Below are positions 51,263-64,000 of a stretch of 64,000 bases of DNA, piece after piece. The position numbers and the translations under genes are program-made. The stretch comes from Phoronis australis (taxonomy: Eukaryota; Animalia; Phoronida): assembly GCA_002633005.1 (NCBI GenBank), contig NMRA01000490.1:168170-232169 (forward strand), in the 5' to 3' direction. Numbering within the stretch: the stretch's first letter is position 1; every line of letters begins with the position of its first letter. Under the pieces are notes generated by a model. That model worked only from the letters and a program-made list of their open reading frames with translations. It was not told the DNA's origin and ran no database searches.

Positions 51263-53179
51263 GAGCGGCCTGCATTGAGGAATTATTTGATTTTCTTCAA
51301 AATATTCTCCATCCTACCACTATCAGACCATATAGATACTAACTAGTCTTTAAAATTAAAAAATATGCCTTTATAAAGTTTTTAGAATGCCATTTTGCAA
51401 TAACTTATCAACCTGTCAAACTGCGATAACTTTGGTGTGTGCTAACTACCAATACAGGCCTGAAAGGTTCAACTAACCTTGCAGTTTACAAAAACGCTCT
51501 CCTATTACCAAAGTTAAATTATGGATAATATGTTCACACAAGATTGTTTTTAAAGGATACTGAATTCTGTCTCTCTAGAGATCATTCAAATGTTTGAAAC
51601 AAAATAATGATGCGCCCTTGCCGCCTCCTCAAAAGCTTAATTACAAGCGTGAAAATTCTTAACAAAATGTTCAAAATGGACAAGCTCGACAGGCCAGTAA
51701 ATGGAAGCTTGTAGGAAGAGACCGCCCCCACTCACTTCTCCATTTTCCGCCGTTATACCCTAAACTATTGTTATATTTCTCTAGAGATGTGCTGGTTGCA
51801 CACTATCTGACGTGATAAAAATTGTTTTGGGAGGAAATCCGGCTTCACAGGGGTCAATAACCTTTAGACTGAAATGCTTCTCTATATGTTTAATGACTCC
51901 TCATGTGTAAATATTGTGAGTACTGTTTATTTATTCACTGTATATAATGTTATTACCTGTTACCAAGTTATATCGTATATTTATAGATTGTAGTAGCAGC
52001 TAGTCTACATAGTATGTTCTCACCTTCAACTGTCTTGTCTTGAAATCAATGACTCAAAGCTAACACGCTGATTTGCCAGCAGCTCTGAAATTTGGAATTT
52101 AAATGAATTGTGGAATAAAAGCACATAGTTGTTTAGTACAAACAAAAGAATCCTGTAGTACAAACAAAGAATTGTTAAATCAAACAAGAAAGTTCACTTT
52201 GTGTTTTTAGGGGCTTTTACAAATCTAGGAGTCGGATTCTAGTTCATTCATTTTAACTTGTATTCATATCATCAGAAAGTCAGGGAAAATTCTTGTGCAG
52301 ATATCAAAATCAGAAAAAGTAGAGAATACTTTAATATTTGAACTCCTGCAATTGCTTACTTTACTGGAATTTTGTAAAGAAGAAAAAATGAGTCCAAAGT
52401 TTCAGAATTTGAGGCAGTCGCTTTTCCTGACAGCTTCTACGACATATGTTTTTGTTTGCCAATAAAATATCATATGGTTGTACAATTGATTTTCTCCCAT
52501 GAAACTCTGGTAGCTTGAAAGGCAATATGTTATGAAGAGTCTTTTCTGTGTAATTTAAACTCAGAGGATGATTAGTTTTGAATGTTAATATGGGCACTGT
52601 TACCGCTTCATTAATTCAATAATGTGCAAATACTTTACATTTTCACCAAATACAAGTAAATCATTAGTTGAGGTTCTGCAAAAATGATATCAGTCTTCGT
52701 GCTGCAAACGAATATCAAGCCTCCTCCAGGATAATGTATACGAAGGCAGGAAACACTGATTTAATTTGTATTTCCGTTAACCCCAGGGTACTTAAATTGG
52801 AAAACTAAAAACTGAGGTCTGGTCTTTAAGCTGAGTATAGGCATTAGAAAATGAATTTCTGAAGTGTTTAGCTGCCAAAAATGAAAAGTGAACTAAGACA
52901 GTTAAGCACATCAAATTTGGTCTCAAAATATTCCTTACCATGACAGGAGTATTTATGTTACGAACAAGAACAAGAAAGCATCAGTGACTCAACAGATTGC
53001 TCCAGTTTAGTTGGGATGTCCAAACATATTCCGAACTCCGATGATGGTGCATGTATGCATTCCATGTGACTTGAGATACAAGCTCAATTCAAGATTGGAT
53101 AACCATGGTAATGTTTTTTAATGGTAATGTTTAAACCTCAACACTCTTTGATGAAGAATTGATTTGACAGCTAAAACAG

Positions 53180-54220
53180 CACTCTTACAAAAAAACCCTA
53201 AGGGAATTCTCACCCAGAAATTTAACGAAAATGTCACTGGATTCAACTGAGACTCCAATCAGTTAAGGTGCCATTTTAATTAGTGCAAAAATCTCACCAC
53301 AGTGAAATACGATAATTCCACACTGAGAATGTAATTCTCATTCAGTGAGAATTGGTTTTCCTCATAGCTGTTCTTACTGAAAATCTCACTGAGTGAGATG
53401 CTCACTTAATAAGAGTCTTAGATTAAGTGTTCACTGAGTGTAGTTAGTGAAAACATTCTATGGCAATCCTACATTTTAACCAGCTTGGAAATGTACGAAA
53501 ATTTACTCAAACTTATTGGTAAGGCACATACTGCTCCTGTTTGTGTGTTTATCTTGAGATTTGACGGAAGGTAATTACACCAGCTCACCTCTATTAAATG
53601 TTTGGCCTACATGTACTTATATTTCAGACTACTTCCTTTTAGCCAGCATTTAATGCTGGTCAAAGAACTTGACCTTTAACCCTTTGAAGAACAAGTATTT
53701 AAAGGAAATCCACCTAAACACAATAGTGGTGAATAAACTAGAAACAAAGCATCCAACACAGAATGAAAATCTCAGTCGTTAGCTACTGCTCAAACATGCA
53801 AATGTACAGCACTCCCTCAGGTTGGGCCTATAGACAATCTGTTTAGGTATTTCTCCATTAATACACTGAAGGCACCATTTTATTTTGAATTGAGAAAGCC
53901 TTGTCCAACTAAAATTTCCACGTGAATAGCCAATGACCTTTTGTTTATCCTGAAATCTCGTTAGTTTGTAAGACCTAATTCTCACTCAGTTTGAAATTCT
54001 CAATTCCCACTTATTTTCCAAACAATTAACCACTCTCTGAAATCTTACTATATTTTTCCACCATTCACTGAATAACCTTAGTAGAGACCTTCAAATTCTC
54101 ACTGGATCCCCACTTGCATTTCTCACTCAAATGTTGTCTTTAGAGAGAATCTCACTGGAATACAGAAAAATTCTCACTTTCTTAATCATAAGGACAACCT
54201 AATACCCTCTTACAGGGTTA
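53180..54220. repeat. Decayed repeat rich in (T/A)TCTCACT motifs, probably an old TIR element
   Basis: About ten TCTCAC / GTGAGA motifs cluster at 53200-53410 and 53975-54180. Confidence 0.35.
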
Positions 54221-54682
54221 TATTAGAAGTGGGGGTGAGAGTTTAGCAGAATGTTTTGATTCAGGCTAAGGCCTGGGGGACTGAATTTATGTCGGAGGTG
54301 AAAGAGTCCAATGAAGTAGGCTAAAATGAAGTGGCTTACCATCCAGAATGTGGTGTCGACACAAATTCAATTTTCTTTCCACATTCAGATCACATCCACA
54401 GCTTTGACTGTGATAATTAGCCAACCACTGCTCATCTCATTTTGATCAGAATAGTTCTGGCCTGCAATAGTCAGAATTAGTGTAATAGCGTACAAATAAT
54501 CATTCCAGACCTGAAAAATTGAATAGTGATAAGCATCAATTCCTAAACTTCAGATTAGTTTTGATTTAAGCAAATGTAATAGCAGTAGAACTTTGTTGCT
54601 TGCATAATGTAGATTTTATCAAATATTCAGATGCTGACACAGTTGAATGCATTACAGAATTGAGTAATCATCGATTACATGA

Positions 54683-54897
54683 TGGGATGCAATATGGCTG
54701 ACAAGTGAAGTTCCATTTTGTAAAATTTCTCAACAAAAATAACTTTTCATTCCATTTAGCATGGTCTGTATGGTGTGGCTTTTACCAAACATCATTTGGT
54801 AAAATATTGAGTATTAGCAACGATTACGGTAAGGCCCTGAAAAATAGAAAGATGGCATTTTCAGTAGTCTTTGTCCTGAACGGACGAATTTTTAGCA
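54683..54897. mobile_element. MITE-like dispersed repeat, family A
   Basis: aatatggc...aaatttctcaacaaaaataacttt...tggtaaaatattgag...ggtaag is an inverted match to 24812-25052. Confidence 0.55.
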
Positions 54898-55528
54898 AAA
54901 CACAACAAAGTTGAGAGACTAGTATAAATGGAATGTGTTGATTACATCAAAAAGTTTCTGTTCAAGTTACCTGGGTACTAAGGGCTCCACCCTTTGAAAC
55001 TTTAAACGTCACTTGGCAACGCTACATACAAGACTTGTGAATATTTTCAGGGAACTTCCAGATATTATTACTATTTACTAAAAGCACCCATTTACGAGCA
55101 GTGTGAGCTATTCTGATGTAAAGAATGGAATCAAATTGAGCCATTTTCCGAATATTTCAAATGCCCCATTTATCAAAAAATGGGTACACTGATAAAAACA
55201 TCATCACATGCCCATGTTATGTCATCAATCAGGCCCAGTTCCCTCAGGCACCTGGAAAATATGAGGTCAGGAACTTCGAAATTTTGAGACGACTTTTCAA
55301 AGAAACTTCATTACAAAAGTTAGAAAAAAGGAAATTTACACTTTTTGTATACACCATTTTCACTTTGACATTGGTATTTATGTCATGCATATGCATAATT
55401 CAACATTACTCAGAGGACATGGTTTGATCTCGAGGGCAAAAAGTGACTGAGTGTGAAACTGCTTTCGCATCAATGAACATAAACTTCAGGCTACCCGAAC
55501 AACACGGGTCATGCACTGTTGAACATTG

Positions 55529-55809
55529 CTGTACACTCATGAACAAAGCTCAGGAACCTGTAAATTCAGTTCCCAGACTCACAAACACGGTTCTGCATTC
55601 AAAAAACATGGCTTAACACACCCAAAAAGCACAACTGTTAGACATCAAACAAGTCTCCATCATCTGTACACATGGCGAGACATGTTCACAATAGACATGC
55701 AAGTCAGTGAAACATGTTATGCGAGTGAACTTGATAGTTGGCACGTTTGTGAGTCTGAGCTCAGACTGAATTAACTAAGGTCTGCGAGCCATGTCCATGA
55801 GTGCGACAG
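55529..55809. mobile_element. Old MITE with degenerate ~60-bp inverted arms
   Basis: ctgtacactcatgaac...aattcagt...cagactcacaaac pairs with gtttgtgagtctg...actgaatt...gtccatgagtgcgacag. Confidence 0.45.
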
Positions 55810-58800
55810 CCGTATCATCCAGGTAGCATGCGCATATATCATCCTATTATCAGTAACTTCTTAGTTGACACATGATTTCCAAGAGTAAGAATACCAAGTG
55901 ACATGGATCACTCTTGTGCCTCCGAATTATTGTGCAAAATCAGCAAAAGGTCAGCGAGTTGCATAAATTTTGGGAACTAAAATTTTTGCAAGATGGGAGT
56001 TTACAGACACGGGTGCTTTTAAGGATGTTATTTGAGTGAATTTGGGGTTGGGGGGTTGGCGTTGAGCCTTTCATACAGTAAATTGAATGAGCCTCTCAAC
56101 CTCTCTGTATCAAAACACACTTGAATGATAAAGTGAACAGTGTAAACAATCACAGTCCATACAACCCAATCATTCCAATTGACCACGCAATTTGGCATGA
56201 AGTAAACAATTTGAGCAGTACTGATGCCAATTTCTCACATGTGTCTGCAATCTGCATTTATGTGGACCCTACCAATGGAATGTAATACCCATTCAAATTT
56301 CACATCCTTCAGGGGTATTAGTGTAAGACCAATCAGATAAGTGATGGTCTACACATTAAGTGAGAGTCCCCCATTATGTTTCTCACTGCCAGTTACACAA
56401 AATTAGAGGGCGTGGCATACCCAATGAAGTAGCACCAGTTGCAATGTCCCTAATTGACCTGTTCTTCCCTTGTGGATAATGGATTCATGCTGCTCAAACA
56501 ATAAAAAGTGAAATTTTCAATGATGGGTTTAGTTGTATAGTCCACAGTGTCTAAAATGGAAAGGATATTGTCAGCAGCTATTATTGACACCCCATCTTGG
56601 TTCCCTTAAAATCCTCAAACACTTAAGAAGCTCAAGTAATGTGGTAAGTGGCTATGATAACGCCAGCCTGGCAGATGCATTCATATTTGCCGGATGGAAA
56701 TTTTGATATGGAGCCGTAAATCAAATGGAGAATGCTTGAAACACGATTTTCTTAAAGTGTCATTAACACACGTCATATGGCATCATGAATTTGATCTCGA
56801 ATTGTTCTTTAGTCAGAATATCAGGGATTTATGGACTAGGACAGATTGAAGTGAAAGCTGAATCTTTCTTCACAGCAAGTTTACAAAAGCTTGGCTTGTA
56901 GATTGAACAAAGTGTCAGTTCTTTGGCAGCCCAGAAATAACTTCTACAATGAGTTAGGAAAAACCACTTTCACAACAATCAAAACTCATTTTACGACAAA
57001 AAGCATGGGTTCAATGACGCTTTAACGTTTTGAAAATTTCTCTGCCATCAGCCATTGTAAAATTTGTGACATTATGTATATACAATAATCCTTCAGTCAA
57101 CAACCACTCGGGGGTTAATTTGCGACCATCCTCCAGCTTTATAGTTCACTTTTCAACACCTATGTTTGGTACCTGTCCACCCACCGATGCAGAACGGACT
57201 TTAAGTTAAGTTCCACTGGCAGCTCTGCATGTGACTATGCTACCATGAAGAAGTTAAGCTCCCAAAACGCACACAACTCGCTTACTTGTGCCTAACCAAC
57301 CATGCAGTAGGGCTGCTCACTAGTGTGTAATGTACTCATCGATAGTAATTAAGAAAATATCAGAAAATACCGATAGTAACTGTAAGTACCAGCTTTCTGA
57401 TAAAAAATGGTACATGTACATTGCAGATTTTGCATCTTCATCAATAGGCTTTATATCTCGTATTCACCCCCTTTTGACAACATGGGAGTGTCCAGCTGAA
57501 CATCAGCAAATAGCAACTCTGATGCGCGCACAAAGTTACGTCGAAAAATGAATTTGCCCAGTTGGGTGAAACCTTAGGACGTACTTTAGTGATAAATTTC
57601 AGTGCTACATGAACACATCAGGCTAATTTTGCATGTTTATGTTCATAGCCATATTTTTGTAAGCAATTCTGTCAAAAGATTGTATCGATAACAGAAAACT
57701 TATTTCAGAATATCCTGGGGACACTGACCCATGAATTCGTATCACATTGTCGAATGTTATTGACTCTTAAACACGTCAGTTTCATTACCTCAAAAATTTG
57801 CATATCACGCGAAGATGAAGTAGAAATTGAAGAGCTGACATTAGACACTTGCACACTGCCTTTTATAGAAGTATGGTAATTTAGGCTTTATCCATGAAAG
57901 AGATTTATTAAAAATCAATGCATGCTTTACTGAGATGAAAAGATCTGTTTGTGATAACCATTAGAAAGAGGCATAACAGGAGCAGTCAAGGCCTATTAGG
58001 TTCAGTGCCAAATGATGCCATTAGTACGGTTCCATTACATACTCTCATAAGGCGGAAGAAAATGTGTAACTCAGAAGTGTCATGCAATGAAATACTTTCA
58101 ATGCATTGCGCCATGGTTTTTTTGTCAGTCAATGATAACTAGAGTATTTTTCGATGTGAAAATGGAATTATCATTATATACTACGAATACACCAAATCTC
58201 AAAAACAAAGTATGAAAACAATGGCTGCAATGACTTTATGCTTCTAATTGATGGCTGTAAGTTTTTGAGAACAGGATTTTTTAAAGGAATAAGTAAATAT
58301 TAGATACTTGGGAAGTGGCTGAAAAATGCTGTTCACATAAAATGAAACTCGCTTTTATTTTTCAAACTTTGAGAGGTATATTATTAACTGTTGCATAAAG
58401 AGGAACATGGAAAGACGATTACCTTCTCTGTCTCTCTTTCAAGATCTGTAAATTATTGAGAACAGAACACAGAAGTTAAAAAGAACCTTGAACATTGACA
58501 TCTGCCACATCCACTCTTATACCGCCATTAGCGTTCTTGTGACGGGTAGACACGAATAAACGCGATATGCTTATAGTTAAGAAAGCTCAATAAAATGGAA
58601 GAGCATTAGCATTCTCGATTTTTGCACAGAAAGTGATTTTCAAAATACAGAGCTAACGCAGCATCTTTTTATTGGGTAAATTGTATTGTCAGTGAATATT
58701 AACATAAAGAATGTGATACAATATGCTGTTTTACTGTTGTATAATGTACTGCTGTATAGTGTGCTAAGTCAGACACCATAAATTGTTCACTTCAGCTAGT

Positions 58801-61800
58801 GTGTTAGCCGTCATACCTTTCAAAAAGATGATCAGTGGTACTATGCATTTTTGTTCTGTAAAAAAGATAGTTGAATTTGGGATGCAGAGATAGTTAACAA
58901 ATTCAAAAATGTTTCTTTTCATACCTCGTCTAACACAAGTTATTTATGAAACAAATCAACAAGTTGACTCATGAATTTACCATCACAGGCCTGGGATCTG
59001 TTATACCTGTCAACGAGTTGGAGGAACTAGTAATCATCAGTTTGAGGTATTCCTGTTTCCAATTTACAAAAAGTATAATTTCATTAGCATCTGCCATCTG
59101 CTTTAACTTGCTTTTTTACGTGTCCAAATAGAATTCATTTAAAGGCAGCTCTCAATGGGCCAAGCATAGAAATGCATGTATTCAGGTTATCACTGGGAAT
59201 GTTATTCAGTAATCCGGCCAAAGTATTTATAAGTCCCAGTCACTGTAGTGTTTCCATTCCTTGCTGTTATGCAAATGATCTGAATGTATGTTTACATATT
59301 TGGTTAGGGATTGTGGATGTTTATTTGCCAAAGTATTTATCATTACCATTTGATTTGTTCTTGCTGTTTAGGAAGTTCCCTTCAGTACCTCTATGCCTGG
59401 ATATTTTATGTTTATTGGAGTTTTGTAGTGTTGGCACAGTAGCTGTTGTGCCTCGTTTTCCTGTTTTGGAACTGACCATGTTCTGGTTCACATGATGAAC
59501 TACATAACTGACAATGGTCTACTGGCAGTATGTGCCTACAGCAACTACTATATACACTATGCTGCAAAATAAATTTGTATTTGCTGACCAGTTCACTGCA
59601 AATATGGTGTTTGAACTGGATCCAGCCGAACACTTCTTCACTGCCAAGAAGTAATTGTTGATAAGATTACTTGAAGTGGCACAGAATTTCCTGTAGCAAT
59701 AGACATCTTAGTTCACACCTTGTTAACAAGAGATCTAAGTCTGTTGTCAGTGATATTCATTCTAGATCGTTTTCCACTGAGACTACATTGACTTAAATTA
59801 TAGTGAACTCATTTCAGCTTCTATTACTTGTGGGTTCTACTGTTGACGAAGACCTGTAGTAAACACAGTGATGAAAAAGACCAGGCAGCATTTGTTCAAA
59901 AAATATGAAAATATTACTTTTCTCTGTTATTCTTTCTTTAATATTATCACATCACCTTTTATATGATTCATGTTTCGGTTTGTTGTAATTCTTCACATAA
60001 CTTATTATGAGCTTCGTGAAAAAGAGAAAAAAGATATAAAGAGAAAATAGAGATAAAGAGAAAATATGTACCTCTGTCATAGTATTGTTTATTTGATGAT
60101 CTCCCAGTAAACGGAGGCACTTCCAAAAAATCAGCTGCATTTTATGCCCTATTTAGCTGGCTAAAAGGACAACGGAAGGCCTCTTACTTGTAATGGCAAG
60201 TCACCGCATAGGTGCTCAAAAATATTCACGTCTTGCTGGCTAAGTCAAAGTGAAGTATGAGAAAACGAAATCCAACAAAGCCATTCACAAATGAAACAGT
60301 CAAAAAGAGCTGGGGGACACATAGAACGCTGCTTTATATAGGGATGGCTTACGGAACCCATAATGCTTAGGGAACTGGGATACCCCTACAAGACCCAAGG
60401 CCAAGCATGCATGACATTACTGGAAATATGCAATTGTTGTCGCCAGTGGCAGTCCAGCACTAGATTTCGTTCCTGAATGCATATTCTAGAGCGCGGACTC
60501 TTCCAATGACCTTCTGCTCCCAGCCGCTTCTTCTCAAATACACCAGAAGAAGCTTTGTTAAGCATTTTTATGCTGGTTTTCACTGGCATCAATGCCACTG
60601 TCCTTGGACATTTTGCACAAAACATCAACCTGCTAACAAGGATATTTATTGCCTAGATTTCAGTTAATCCTACCACATGTATTGGCAAATTGGCCAAACG
60701 TCAGTGTCTGAGTTTAAAGACTTTGATGACAAAATTACAATAACATAAGAATCTGCTGTTAAAATGGTTCCAGTCATAGCTAAGAGTAACCAACAATATT
60801 CTCAAAAATGTTCAGCCCTAAAACTGATGGTGTCCCTTTAATACCCTCCATCCGCTGATGCACTTGAACTTTATAATACTTTTTTGTAGGGAGAGAGGAA
60901 AGGGGGGGGCCCACCACCATAAAGATCATAATTAATCACTGTTGTGGTTAACCTCAGTCTCATAAAGTTAAAATAAACAGTGTGACCCCATGTAAGTCCT
61001 TGCCTAAAACTTAAGTTCTCACCCTTGCACATCATTGTAGAATTCGATAGTGTATGTTTTGGATCCACTTAAAAAAATCTTACGTACAAACTGTGGCATT
61101 ACCACTGGCTGATCACTGAAACAAGATTTTGCAAATAACAGTAGACACTACTCTGACCTCAAACATTTATGTGTCATTATCGGTGGTGCTCTGCTTGAAC
61201 TGGCCCCTGAGTTGCATCATCCTATATGAAATTTTAATTGCTGTGTTATATTAATAATGTACATCAATCATTAACTACAAGCAAATGACTTATCAAGACA
61301 ACGTTTATATAGCCCCAGTGCACATGCAGTGTTGATATAGAGCCTGAAGCAGTGTAGTACATGAATAGATGAGTGGTGTACATATCGTGAAGTTGCAAGC
61401 TAGAATAGTATGTCAATGCTTTAATCAAAGCTGTATTTCGCCCTGTTAAGCTAGAAAAAAAAAAAAAAAGTTGAATTAGGCCTTTTACTCTCATAAAATC
61501 ACTCACGTAATATTTCTTAATATGATGGCATTCTACTTCCATTACCAAAAAGGACATCGAAATTACCATCAGCAATTCAAGAAAACATTTCAAAGTTTAT
61601 TTTGGTTGGCGAACCCTAAATTGCTAATTTGAAAAACCCATGTGTAAGCATTGCTTTTGTCATGAGTTAGTAAAGGATATGGAATCCATCTCATTATGAG
61701 ACCACTCTCATAAGAATGAAAAGCACAATTCAAGTGTTGTTTTAACCAGTTAAACAGGATGAATGCACCTTTAAACAGCACATACGATCAAGAAATTATT

Positions 61801-64000
61801 TAAACCAGCACCCAGTAATTAATAGACAATGCATTATGTTGAAGTTGCAGTGGCCCTGTGTTTCTAATGCTCAGATGCAACATGATATCTGATAAGTCCT
61901 GCTAAGATTTTGTTGTTTTCCAACTTGAACACAGTTGAGTCAAAGGGAGCCGTGTAATTTCATGCAGATGCTTTTGAGTCGATCTAATTTGGGAAAGTTT
62001 CAGGAATGTACATTTGGCATTTACCTACAGCCACATTTTGACTGAATAAACATCTACCACTTTACAACGCTGAACTTTGGCACAGCAGTAATCAAAGCGA
62101 AACATTTATGTACTCTGATTTGTTGAAGAAGCAATGATTTAACTTTATTGATTCCTTACCCTTTTGACTAGACATATTACGTAAAATGGCAAATGCGATT
62201 TTCCATGCACAAGCAGTAACAGTGAATGGTTTTCACGGGTTAAATGAGTTAGTCGCTTGCATTTGTAGCTCAAACTTATGATACTTATGATAAGCTTCAC
62301 ATCAACTGCGGGTAGTAAAGAATATGGCTGCATGTGTGTGCAGCACAAATGTTACATATTCTGTGAAGTAAACTTCAAAATGTTGGCAACAGTTAAGAAC
62401 AGCAGGCCTGAGTGACTTATAGATAAGCCCTGCCAGACCATACATGTATCATAAATATGGAAAATATCAAGTCATTTTACCTCACTGGTTCAGACCTATG
62501 CTTATGTGAAAACAGTGACTGTGACTTAGCACTTCAACACAATTCTACATGAAGTTTTACTTTTACATCAACGTGAGGAATTTAAAGCTGAAAAATCTAT
62601 AAGACACAAACATAGTTGTGAAATTGTTAGTAAAGTAACGTAATAGTAAGCTGTCATTGAACTGAAAGGGGTTGCCTCGTTTACGGTAGATGACTTATTT
62701 TGCTAGTATTATTACTGCATATGTCATCCCTCTAGTTATCCACATTGTAATACAATTTTGAGCGGAAAACTGCCTGCGACAGTGTGAGCTCAACGGTGAT
62801 ACCTTAACACATTAGGCTATGTACGAAGTTATGGACATATCTGTGTGTTTATCCAAACATAAACAAAACCATGGATTTTAACTCACTAGACTAGAAATAT
62901 TCACTTGCTCAAAGTAGAAAGCCTATAGAATTTGATTTTTTTACTTTCAGTTACCAAGCTACCATGAATTTGGTAACGTGACCATGTCACTTAAGTAAAA
63001 TAGAGCAAAAAGGAAGGCAAGTTGATAACAAAACAACAGTATCAATGACAAGTCCAATTTCCATTTTGATGAAACTGTTGAAGGTGAAATGGTCAAATAC
63101 GTTACATTCAGAATCATTTCATTTTCATTTTAAGCAACTTGTGACTGACTTTTATTGAACATCATAAGTCCTACGTGCAAAAGTTGAACATTTTGAAAAC
63201 AACTCCTAATAACATTTCAGAGAACAATGCAGAAAGCATAATATCTGAAAGTTTCGTATAAATCCAATCAGCCATCTCTGAGATATGATGTTCTGAAGTT
63301 CGCCAATATTTCTAGGTCTAGAATTCAAAGTGGGAATTGTAGTAGCCCTTTTGAAAGATGAAGCACTGAGCTACGATTACATGATATTGACAGTCTGTCG
63401 GAATTCCCAAGTGTTTCTAATGATTGAGTTTTCAACTGTCTGGAAACTCTTATTGATAGTGCTCGATTACGCTTGGCGTTCAGTGTTCACAGTGCACTCC
63501 GGGGATTCACAACAATACAGAGGAATAACATTTTTCAATCGTGATGTTTGCAATACAGATGAAGAACTATATAGAAGCAAAATTGAACATTGATGATATG
63601 ACGCAGAGTGGTTACATGCAATTGGCAGTACGGCCATCATGTCTCAAAGGTAATTGTTTCACATCCGAACTCAGCAGTAAATAAGTCATACTGGTAAAAA
63701 AAACAGAAGCCTCAATTTAAAAAACAAACATTAGCATAACTTGAACAATGGGTTTTGGATAGAAAGAAGACAGACCACTACCAAATATTTTCTTAAAAGA
63801 TCATTTAAAATTTGGTCAATAGGTCAGTTTCTCCAGTTCGGGCTTTTGATGGTACTTCTGTTTACAAAAAGTTAACCTTTGAAAATATTTGCAGCAGCAA
63901 TAGTACATCTGCATATATGGTGCTGTCTAAGAAATTGGGCAATAGTTGAATCTAAGGGGCCCACATTTGGACATTCAGCTTGATCACCGATATCCAATGG

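Noticed and set aside
1-64000. tRNA, rRNA, prokaryotic operons or an intact transposase/RT gene
   Set aside because: No cloverleaf or rRNA motifs were recognised, no ORF exceeds 153 aa, and all recognisable coding relics are disrupted.

Overview
AT-rich eukaryotic genomic DNA that looks like marine invertebrate intergenic or intronic sequence; the species cannot be determined from the sequence. I found no intact protein-coding gene, rRNA, tRNA or CRISPR array. The window is a mosaic of decayed and non-autonomous transposons, with a 56-N assembly gap at 41640-41695. The most notable feature is two diverged ~1.4 kb TIR elements (5637-7045 and 47591-49003) with Tc2/pogo-type CCGTA ends and TA target sites. 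Each carries a decayed stand-alone HIRAN-domain gene with conserved splice signals and possibly a Brinker-type transposase N-terminal remnant on the opposite strand. Also present: a 664-bp near-perfect foldback element with an 8-bp TSD; ISL2EU-like THAP-remnant elements; two Penelope-like retroelement fossils, one retaining a degenerate minimal hammerhead ribozyme; and several MITEs and short tandem repeats. All family assignments come from manual motif recognition, not database searches.
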